64,000 bases of DNA from contig BFEA01000035.1 in the NCBI GenBank assembly GCA_003427395.1, positions 976,003 through 1,040,002 on the forward strand, given 5' to 3'. The notes below the pieces were generated by a model. That model was given only the letters and a program-made list of their open reading frames with translations, did not search any database and was not told the DNA's origin. The translations under genes were made by a program, and so were the position numbers. Shown here one piece after another: positions 27,389 through 37,300 of the stretch. The DNA is from Chara braunii. Its lineage: Eukaryota > Plantae > Charophyceae. How positions within the stretch are numbered: the stretch's first letter is position 1; each line of letters starts with the position of its first letter.

Positions 27389-27458
27389 GACTCGCTCGAA
27401 CCAACGAAGTGTTTTAGTCTGTCGTGTTTACCATTTTCACCAATTTCACCAAGCGAGT
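27389..27458 (-). tRNA. trnL: tRNA-Leu pseudogene with internal deletions (anticodon damaged, CAA or UAA)
   Basis: Acceptor stem ACTCGCT/AGCGAGT; Leu-type D arm TGGTGAAATTGGT...AAACACG with a short duplication; GGTTCG T-loop remnant. Confidence 0.75.
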
Positions 27459-27459
27459 A

Positions 27460-27518
27460 TGCTCACTATCGGACTTGAACCGATAACCCGTAGGAAATAA
27501 TTTTAAGTTTGTCGTGTC
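27460..27518 (-). tRNA. trnL: tRNA-Leu(UAA) pseudogene, 5'-truncated
   Basis: GACACGACAAACT-TAA-AATTATTTCCTACGGGTTATCGGTTCAAGTCCGATAGTGAGCA: anticodon TAA (27503-27505), long variable arm, T stem ATCGG/CCGAT, discriminator A. Confidence 0.8.
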
Positions 27519-28755
27519 CCCACTCACCGGTGGGAAGAAAGGAGGAGGTTGTACCACAGGTCGAGCACCAGGCCCTAATGGTGATGGTGCTGCCTGAGCT
27601 CGCCCGACAAGCTCTGCTGGATGTCCTGTAAGAGAGTCGTCTAATGGTCTTGCATTTCCACTACATCTGCACGCAGGGTCCTCAGATCACCATCCATGTT
27701 TGTCAGCTCCATCGTCTCCAACTCACTAACGTCCGCTTGTCTCCGCTGCATCCTTGATCTTCTCCCGATCATTCTCTTTTTTTCTGCCTTTCTCTCTCCT
27801 AAAGCCTTTTGTAGTTGTGCCTCCTAAAGTGCTGCTTGTTGTATGGCGACCTCTTCAGGGGTCAACACTATTGGCTGGCTTGCCATAACACCAGTGGACT
27901 GACTCAGGGTCTGCGCAATCGTTGACCCTACGGTCCTTGGACTGCTGGCCTGGGAACTCTGTTGCGCAGCAGTTGCCATGGCTGTTGAAGCAGTGGCTTC
28001 GTTTGCGAACGCCCTGCTTGCCTCTGCTGCTTTAGCTCTCCGCTGCTGCTGCTGTCTCTCCCTAAGTTGGCAGAACAGTAACCTGTCACACTCGGATCCT
28101 AATGCCACGTGGGCTATCGGGCGTCTAGCCATTCGCAAGATCTTGTCGTCCTCGCTAGTGGTCTCCATGTCGCTCATAAGCCACAAAACTATACACAATC
28201 TGCACTAGGTCACACTCGATGCCTACCGCAGCGTAATGGACAGACCGATTTAAAATAATTAAAATAATCAATCGGTGGCTAAGTCAGAGTATATACATTT
28301 GGGTCCAACTAGTAGTCCAGATTCCTACAAAAGAGACTATTTTAGTTGATTAGTCCACGAACAGAAAGCATTTTTTTTTAACTATTGCTGTCTGTTAGAT
28401 GTCAATGGCAGTCCATCTAACTAATCAAAATAAAAAAATAGAAGCGTTTGTGTGGATATTTGCAAAGTGGAATTGAGCACGAACTTATCACATGGAATCT
28501 ACCTCTTCCTCGGTTCTTCCTGAAAGTCACTTGACGTCAGCGTCACTGAGCGATCCAGAATAGTGTGCGTGTCTAAAGGTGTGCACACGGCCCACCCATG
28601 TACCCCGAGTGTATGTTGAGTCGGCCAGCCCTGCACAATGTTTACCCTCGCGTGGAGCGAGCCTTACACCGACCACTGGCTGATCAAGAGGCGTTTATGG
28701 ACGGCCCCCGCAGTCCTCAAAAATTATTTAACGTCACAGACAGGACGACGATCGC

Positions 28756-29155
28756 AGCCAGTGGAAGGTAACCCCGTCGGTGCTCATTTATAGATGCCCG
28801 ATACTCGTCTTCCCTGTAGGGCTGGCCTGCCCCTAATCACCCATCTAACAGCGCAGCGAGCAGACAAAGGACAAAGAAGCAAAGCATGCGTGCTCTACTC
28901 CCGGTAGGTTGGCATGATGACCGTGACCCAGTGCTTCGTCCAAAACCCTTCAGATAGCCAGTGGAAGGTAACCCCGTCGGTGCTCATTTATAGATGCTCG
29001 ATACTCGTCTCCCCTGTAGGGCTGGCCTGCCCCTCATCACCCATCTAACAGCGCAGAGAGCAGACAAAGGACAAAGCAGCAAAGCATGCGTGCTCTACTC
29101 CCGGTAGGTTGGCATGATGACCGTGACCCAGTGCTTCGTCCAAGGCCCTTCAGAT
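28756..29155. repeat. 200-bp tandem duplication in the Gypsy 5' leader
   Basis: agccagtggaaggtaacccc...cccttcagat at 28756 and 28956, few substitutions. Confidence 0.95.
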
Positions 29156-29615
29156 AGCTCCGCCCTCTCCTTCCAGATGCTCTACGTGAACAACGTCGAC
29201 TCTCAAGGTTGAGCGCACTCGACTCCTCTCAAGACAAAACACACATCCTCATGGTAAGAAGTGTTGAAGAGGGTAGATAAGGTCAGGTGCAACGTACCTC
29301 ACAATAGCTGCCCCCAACCACATATATTCTCACCAGATGACCCGATGTTGATTGTGATGACCAACCGCTGCTTCGGCACAACCAGCATTGCACCGTCGTT
29401 CCACCTCAGCAGCAATTACACATCGGATAGTTCTCATCACACTGCCAAAACCCAATAATCACCACATATTAGCCTTCCTGGCGAACCCTCACCTCCTGGG
29501 TCACCTGCTTGCCTTTGCCCTCCTCACTACACTCCCTACGGCTGCTCGCCTAGCAGACCGCCTGCATGTTCCGCCTACGCAGAAGACAAGCGCCAGATTA
29601 GCGCACCTTACCACA

Positions 29616-29627
29616 GCTCCGATACCA
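29616..29627 (-). promoter_or_regulatory. Primer binding site (initiator tRNA-Met)
   Basis: TGGTATCGGAGC, 3 nt inside the 5' LTR. Confidence 0.9.
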
Positions 29628-31071
29628 AATTGCAAGGAAAATCAGCGATAGCGAACTTAAGAAACCAAGCAGCATCATACACATGTGACCAGATAGTCGT
29701 GACCTCGAACCAAAAGCAGAATTGCAACACCAATTCCACCAAATAAGAGCACAGCAAAAGCTCACAAGTGACAATGTTGTGATAGTCTCATCATCATCAA
29801 CAAAGAACCAATGCCGACATCCTATCCGGCGCTCTGCGCCCAGACTACAAATGGCAGATCCTATCTACCCTATCTACAATGCTGCCGGTGACGTCAACAG
29901 CTCCCCGAAGTAAGAGCAGATCTCGGCCAATGCCGTCGCCTCAAGCACCAGGTATGTCTCTCGTATCACTCACAACCTCGATCCCCCACTCACAGATGCC
30001 ACGTGCACCCAAGGACCACCATGCGCCCCATCCAGCATACAGCAGCGCAGCTCGACTATGGCTGCCTGCTCCCCCAGATCACCCATGAGCGCGTGAGCGC
30101 TGGCCTGCGTCTAGCGCAGCAACGCTTGCGCAGCATGCAGCCAGTGTCCAAATGAGGAGTCCTGGGGCAGGCACTTTCCTAAATGGAAGTGACCTGCCTG
30201 CTGCGTGCGGCCTGCCTGCCTTGGGTCTCGGTCTAGAAGCTTCCGGTAGGCCCCGTGAGGCTGAGCCCCAGTCTGAACGAATCAGGCCCAGGGCCTGTGG
30301 TGGTTACCCGTGCCCAACTGCCCGCAGCCTGTGTTCGGCCCATGTTGTGTATCTGGCCCAGGGCCTGCCTCAATTACATACGAAAAAGGCAGCCTGGGCC
30401 TGGGCGCTCTCAACCAACTGACGCTGCGCAACTGCCTGAATTTCCCCAGTTGTGTGGTGACCCCAAAGATGGGCCTGTTGGCCTTAGTCGAGCCTGGCTT
30501 CACTTAGGGCGGCCGACTGTACTGAAAATAGGGCCTAGTAGGGCGTATCGAGACCTTGAACCTCGCACATCTTTCCATGTGCCGGCATAAGATTCATTCT
30601 CATTTTGCAAATGTGCTGAGGGAGGCCCGTCATAGATTTCGGCTCCTGGATATTCGGGCTACTCCTAGCCCCAGTGCCCAACTCCGCTCCTCAACTTTTT
30701 CTTTTCTTTCTTTTTTTTTTTAAATGACAACAGGCTTTTGCTTCTTCTTTTTTTCTTTCAATCAACTCTGTTTTTTCGGGTTGCCCTCCCACAGCATCGG
30801 GCAACAGCCGCGGACTGGTTCGGGAAGGGCAGCTCAAAGGTACTGGCGGTTTAATGCATGAGCAAGATAACCAAGAACAGTCCGTTTGCTCCACCTCTTC
30901 TAAGCAGAGAGAAAAGGTGGCTGAAAGATGGATAACAATTGGAAAAGCACACCCTTGCAACATGCAAAGAACGATATTGCAGCCATAATTGACAACTGAC
31001 CTGTGCTGAAGCAACACTTTTCCACAGCGCATCAACAATGATAATGCAGCCGTACATTCCAACTATGTAGG

Positions 31072-31482
31072 TGATGCATGCTCATCTGAAGATGAGTGGT
31101 GCAGATGTCTAAGGAGCGCCAGTGTGATGAACAGGACTTAAAACAAAACGAGATAATGCAATGTAGCGCAGCGGAAGACTCAAACATATGACCTGACACA
31201 TCAGATCCAGACTCGACTCACACAATCATCCTCACACACATCACACAGCAAGGAGGGACATCATACACGGAAGAAAGGTCCCTCCTTACACACACACATG
31301 GGGAAGAACCACAGATGATGGAGGAGGAGAGAGACGAAGGTGGAGAGGGGAGAGAGGATAAGAATAGAACTCGTAGCCGTCAAAAAAAAAGTCTCCCAGT
31401 CAAATGCCCAGCCAATGTTTGTCCTCAAAAATGTTGAATCAGATCCTGGGCGCTCATAGGCCCGAAATAGTCACTGCCTGAA

Positions 31483-31526
<44 letters not shown>

Positions 31527-32331
31527 AGAAGAAGTAAAGAGGGAAGAGGAGAAGAAGAAGAATAGTGGCTATGGAGGGGCAGAGAAGAATGAGGAGAAGG
31601 AGAAGAAGATGAAGAACTCCCTCTCTCACACGCTCCTGACGGTAATGCCATCAATACTGACCAGCGAAGCTGATGACTTGCGATGCAGGTCGCTGCTGAA
31701 GGTCAGTCCATGACCAGTATGAAGTCCCAACCATGGCGCCCAGGTAAGTCTTTCTCTCCCTCGTGGACGTGGTCCACCAATCTCTCCACTCCAGCCTACT
31801 CGTCTAATGCTGCTCTATCGCAGCTCTCCCCAAACTGGCGCTGCTGAAGCAGCGTTATGACCAACTGAGGCTCCAGCCCAAATGTCCTCAAAGTGGAGGA
31901 CTGGCCCAGCTATATACCGCTGGGCCTGGCTGCGCAGTCCTCGGTCTGTGTTCAGGACCGACGGATCTGATGTCCGATCGATGGTCCTGATCGGAGGCCC
32001 CAGTCCAGGTCCTACGATCCTGGCCAGAAGCGGCCTGCCTGGGTCCCCACCAGATGTCCAGGCAATCTTGCTGATGCAGCGGGGTCCTGAGGACTGGGCC
32101 AGGCACAAACACCCAAATGCCTGGTCCAGTCCCACGTAAGGACAAATCTGAACCTGGCCTACAACAGCCGAAACTGAAACACACAGCAAAAATAATAAAC
32201 GCAGGGGGGCTGGCCAGGATTATGGTCGTGGGCCTCCAGATCGCGCACCAAAAATGGGTGTGCAGCCTGGGGGCCTGGAACAACCATCGTGCCCCAAAAC
32301 AGGGCCCGTGTAGCAGCCTCAGCATGCTACA
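31072..32331 (-). mobile_element. Solo LTR
   Basis: tgatgcat...gcatgctaca with 5-bp TSD gtagg on both sides; termini resemble the LTR at 54465-57638. Confidence 0.8.
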
Positions 32332-32931
32332 GTAGGACTGCAGATGAGACTCTGGACTATGCAGTATATGGGTCTAGATCAAACCCCTGGCAGGTCATGT
32401 CAACCAGTGCAAGCAGGCGAAGGCACACTCAAGAATGTCTCATTACGCCCAGCTTTTGTGCTTCTCTGAAGTCTGGACCACCCCCTGATACTTCTACACA
32501 TACAAAATAGATTTCTTTTTGTCTTCTTTGTTTTTTTTTAATTACGGCCAGACCTGGATGAATCTGACTCTAATTGGGTCCATGAGCACCCACAAGCAGA
32601 GCATTATGGACCAACCCCCCATGCATTCTACACATACAAAATAGACAACTACAGCCAGTGTGGCTACGCCCACACATTTGGGAAATATCAATGAGATACC
32701 TGGAGTCTACGTAAGTATGTATCTATAGATTTTATGGTCCAGAACTCTCTCTNNNNNNNNNNNNNNNNNNNNNNNNNNNNNNNNNNNNNNNNNNNNNNNN
32801 NNNNNNNNNNNNNNNNNNNNNNNNNNNNNNNNNNNNNNNNNNNNNNNNNNNNNNNNNNNNNNNNNNNNNNNNNNNNNNNNNNNNNNNNNNNNNNNNNNNN
32901 NNNNNNNNNNNNNNNNNNNNNNNNNNNNNNN

Positions 32932-32986
<55 letters not shown>

Positions 32987-33399
32987 TGTGGGTGTGTGGG
33001 TGTGCCTCGCTGCGCATATTAAGAGAAATGTAGACTAAGAGAGAGAGAGAGAGGAAAGGAAGAATACTGCTAGCGATATTTTGAACGCCGAATACTGTGT
33101 GGAACAGAGTTCAACGCTCGTTTCGAGGTAGACGATGCACTGTGATAAAAAGCTGATGATGTGTGTACACTAGCATACCGATGGACCAATTTACTCAATG
33201 ACCGTGGTGATTCCAAGAACCAGAGGCAGAAGGGGAGGGGAAAAAAAAAAAACGTCCACCAATTTTTATCAATTCATTCGCAGATATTAATCAAAATGAT
33301 TCAGATCTGATCATTAATTTGCATTTGATTCTGACGCAGAGCTGATGAGCATTTGGTGTCGGCATCAACAACACCGGCACATGTAAAACAATGATGTGT

Positions 33400-36300
33400 A
33401 ATGACCCGCCTAAACACGGACTGTGAGTACTGCTGATTTCTGGGATTTGCCGCTGGAATGTACACCTTGCTGGCATTCCCGCATTCTGCTGCGTTTTCGA
33501 AGTCTGTGTGTGTGCGTTCCTGCTGGTCTGCGTGCCTGTCTGAGTTCTTGTCGGCCTGAGTGTGAGTGACCCGCAAGGGTACTTGTTCGTTTGGAGGCCC
33601 CACAGGGCCGGTACTCACCTGTCGCCGTGACTTTTGAGGGTTGCAGCAAGAAAAACACTCGAGTAGCGGGGGTAGGCCCACAGGACACTTACAGCTGGAA
33701 AAACACTCAAGTAGCAGGTAGGCCGGTACCACTCAAGTCGTGCTAGAAGTGTCTGGTACTTGAGGCCAAGCAGAAGAAGACAAGAAGTTGGTATTTTTAG
33801 AGGCCCAGTAAAGGGTACTTGTTCGTTTGGAGGTATCGCAGGGCCAGTACTTACCTGTGGCCGTGACTTTGAGGATTGCAGCGGGAAAAACACTCAAGTA
33901 GCAGGTAGGCCGGTACCACTCAAGTAGTGGTAGAAGTGTCGGGTACTCGAGGCCGAGCAGAAGAAGTCTAAAAGTTTGCATTTCCAGAGGCCCAGTAGCC
34001 ATAGGCTAGAGGTAGGCCGGTACCAGTCCAAGTAACCTGAGTCTAGGGCCTGTACGGACAATATCAGAGCCTGCAATGATGTTTCCCTCCGAAAGGGAGG
34101 AGGTACCGGTTCCTTGGAGGCCGTGCGGCCTGGAAGTCACTGACCAAGAGGCAAGTAGGTCAGGAGGAGCGAGTAGCTCTCTTCATTTGCAGTGTGCAAG
34201 GTTGGGCGACATACCGCTTGAGCGAGCGCTGGACACAGAGGGCTGCCTGGGAGGACGACGAGGAGCTGGGCGCTCAGCCTGGCTATGGTGAGTAGCCCAG
34301 CTGAGGAGGAAGAAGGGGGCAAAGGAGAGAGTGGCGAGGTACCTACCCGGCTATGGTGGACACAATCTTCATCACCTTGCTAGGCACTGAATCTGGAAGG
34401 CCCCAGTTGGGGTAGCGCCGCACCAAGGAAGCTTCCAGGCAGAGTCAGGCATGGCGGGCTGAAGAGCAGCAACCTATCTGCTTTGAGTTGTCTTTTACAC
34501 AGGAGGGCAGAGCCCTTAGTAGTCTGCCATAGACATGGCATGTGAGAGGAAAGTGAAGGGGGAAGCCATGGCTTTGGTGGACCTATTGTTGTGCTGGCAG
34601 TAAGAGGGAACTTCGGATATTGATTCTGGTTCAACCACTCATTGTTATTATTTGGGAAAAGAATAAGATTGGTGAAGACGAGGAGGAAGGCGGAGAGAGA
34701 AGGGGGATTTGTAATTGGTCTTGCCAGTGTACATCGTCTTCTTGTTGTTCTTCTTCTTCTTCTTCTTCTTCTTCTTCTTCTTCTTTCTCTCTTCTTCTTT
34801 GGTCTCTATCTCTTTGCAAGTGATTTCATTTTTTTTGCAACTGGGTGGCATTGTCTTTCCTTGTGCATTTGCACGTCCGAAATGACCACGATCGTAACAA
34901 ATGAGGAGAGATGCGACCAGTCTGCTAACATCCCCACCAGTAGAATAGAGATGTGGGAAGAAAAAAAAAAACGAAAAAAAAAAACACATTAGATAGCAAT
35001 ACAGTGACAGGAGGATCATAGCAGCATTCAAAGAAAGAGAAAGAGACAGCAGATACATGATAGAGAAGAAGCTCTCAAACAAATGTTTTGCCTATGTTGT
35101 CTGTCTCCCTGACACAATTTGCAATCTCTGCTTCCCCACCTTGTCTGTCTCCCCCACACGACCTGCAGTCCATACCCTGTTTCCCCTCCACTTCTTTGGG
35201 TCGTAAATCCTCACCCTCATTGTCTGGCATTCCGACCTTTTCTCCTGCTCTTGATTCCACATACTGATCGGCCTCCTCCCAATCCGCACAGACCCAAGTT
35301 TGAATCGACATGCAACCGGATGAGCAGAACAAAGTACATCCGAATTACATGGAGCCTCGCCTCGCCACTGACCAAATGTTAAAGAGGACCTGGCGGCACC
35401 ACTCCCCAACTGCATAAAAGACAAACATTAGGGCGATGTATCTTTCTGCATTCTAGAGAAGATTCTTTCACATTTTGCACATTTGGTGAGCCCTCCGGCG
35501 AGGCCCAAGGACACACTTCCCTGAAATGCCAAAAAACGGCAATTGGAAGGACCTGCCAAAACACGGACTGAGAACACAGCTTCTGAGTTTTGCCGCTGTC
35601 ATGCATGCCTTGCTGAGATTCCCGCTTTTTGCTGAGTTTTCTAAGTCTGTGTGTGTCCATGTTTGCTGGTCTGTGTGCCTGTCTGACTGCTTGTCGGCCT
35701 GAGTGTGTGTGCAGCCCGCCACGACACTTGTTTATTTGGCAGTCCAGTAGGGCCGGTACTTACCTGTGGCCGTGACTTTGAGGTCGCAGCGGGGAAAAAC
35801 ACTCGAGTGGCCGAAGGGGTAGCTTAGGGCACATTGAGCTGCGGTAGTGTAGGCCTGTAGGTAACTTGAGTAGCAGTAGCGGTAGGCTAAGTAGCGGTAG
35901 GCTAAGTCTAGGCGGGTTCCGGTCAAGCAGAAGTAGACAAAAAGTTCACATTTTTAGAGGGCCCCAGTAGCGGTAGGCTAAGTCTAGGGCCCCAGTAGCG
36001 GTAGGCGGGTTCCAGTCCAAGTAGCCTGAGTCTAGGGCCTGTGCGGACGATATCAGAGCCTGCAATGACGTTTCCCTCCAAAAGGGAGGAGGTACCGGTT
36101 GCTTGGAGGCTGCGCGGCCTGGAAGTCACCGCTCAAGAGGCAGGTTGGCTGCTATATCTCCAGGAAGAGCATTGCGCTCTTCCTCATTTGCTGTGTGGAA
36201 GTTTGGGAGGCAAGGTGCTGGATCGCCTGGTGGAGAGCGCTAGCGTGCAGCGCTGGGAGAGGAGCTCCCAGCCCTCCACCTTCAGCTATGGTGGACAGGC

Positions 36301-37300
36301 TTGGGTAGGAGGAGGAAGAAGGGGACTAGGAGAGGGGAGGGCCAGAGGGACTTACTTGGCTATGGTGGATGCCATCTTCACCGCCTTGGCAGGCGCTGCA
36401 TCTGGAAGGCCCCAGTCAGGGTAGCGCTGCATCAAGAAACTTCGGGGCAGAGTCAGGCCATGGCTTTTGCACGTCAGGACGAGGCCCTTAGTAGTCCGCC
36501 ATAGCCTGGGCCTGGGTGAAGAGAGAGAGGAGGGTGGCCATGGCTATGATGGACCTCTTCTTGTGCTGTTAATAGAAGAGGGATTCGGACATTTGTTCTG
36601 GTTNNNNNNNNNNNNNNNNNNNNNNNNNNNNNNNNNNNNNNNNNNNNNNNNNNNNNNNNNNNNNNNNNNNNNNNNNNNNNNNNNNNNNNNNNNNNNNNNN
36701 NNNNNNNNNNNNNNNNNNNNNNNNNNNNNNNNNNNNNNNNNNNNNNNNNNNNNNNNNNNNNNNNNNNNNNNNNNNNNNNNNNNNNNNNNNNNNNNNNNNN
36801 NNNNNNNNNNNNNNNNNNNNNNNNNNNNNNNNNNNNNNNNNNNNNNNNNNNNNNNNNNNNNNNNNNNNNNNNNNNNNNNNNNNNNNNNNNNNNAGAGAGA
36901 GAGGAGGGTGGCCATGGCTATGATGGACCTCTTCTTGTGCTGTTAATAGAAGAGGGATTCGGACATTTGTTCTGGTTCTGCCATTATTATTTAATATTTA
37001 TTCTTTAAATGAGCGAGGGGGAGATAAGGAGGAGGAGTTGGTTGGCGAAGCAGGGGGGAATTGTCATTGGTCGTTTGCTGGTGTAAATCTTCTTTCTTTC
37101 TACTTCTTCTTCTTTCTTTCTTCTTCTTCTTCTTCTTCTTTCTTTCTTCTTCTTCTTCTTTCTTTCTTCTTCTCCTTCTTCTTCTTCTTCTTTACCTCTC
37201 TCCTCTCAAGTTCATTCATTTCTTTTTGCAATTGCACGGCATTCTGCTTTCTTGTGAATTTGCACTTCGAAATTGGCCAGTGTTACGGCCAGGATCATAA
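33400..37300. repeat. Two diverged tandem copies of a ~1.5-kb non-coding repeat (33400-34900 and 35560-37300), each ending in (CTT)n
   Basis: Shared blocks aaacacggactg, cctgagtctagggcctgt...gagcctgcaatga and ctggaaggccccagt; reverse-complement relative near 13600-14400. Confidence 0.7.

Larger units (their letters stand above)
26005..28198 (-). pseudogene. gag (interrupted by stops and a tRNA-cluster insertion)
   Basis: WVPKTTIASPKPFSGDK...LDTWL, zinc knuckle remnant CIRCGQYGH; homologous to gag at 58250-60000. Confidence 0.85.
21426..30567 (-). mobile_element. Full-length but decayed Ty3/Gypsy chromovirus-type LTR retrotransposon
   Basis: LTRs 21426-22351 and 29631-30567 (TG...CA), Met-i PBS, PPT ttccctcctcc at 22352-22362, gag-PR-RT-RH-INT-chromodomain order, flanking catc repeat. 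Confidence 0.95.
20682..30850. mobile_element. Non-autonomous TIR element (~1.0 kb once the nested Gypsy is removed), flanked by TTAA
   Basis: Perfect 15-bp TIR accgccagtaccttt (20682-20696) / aaaggtactggcggt (30836-30850); ttaa at 20678-20681 and 30851-30854. Confidence 0.75.

Noticed and set aside
31660-31710. CTGATGA motif suggesting a hammerhead ribozyme (also ~33342 and ~38699)
   Set aside because: No stem II followed by GAAA and no closing helices.
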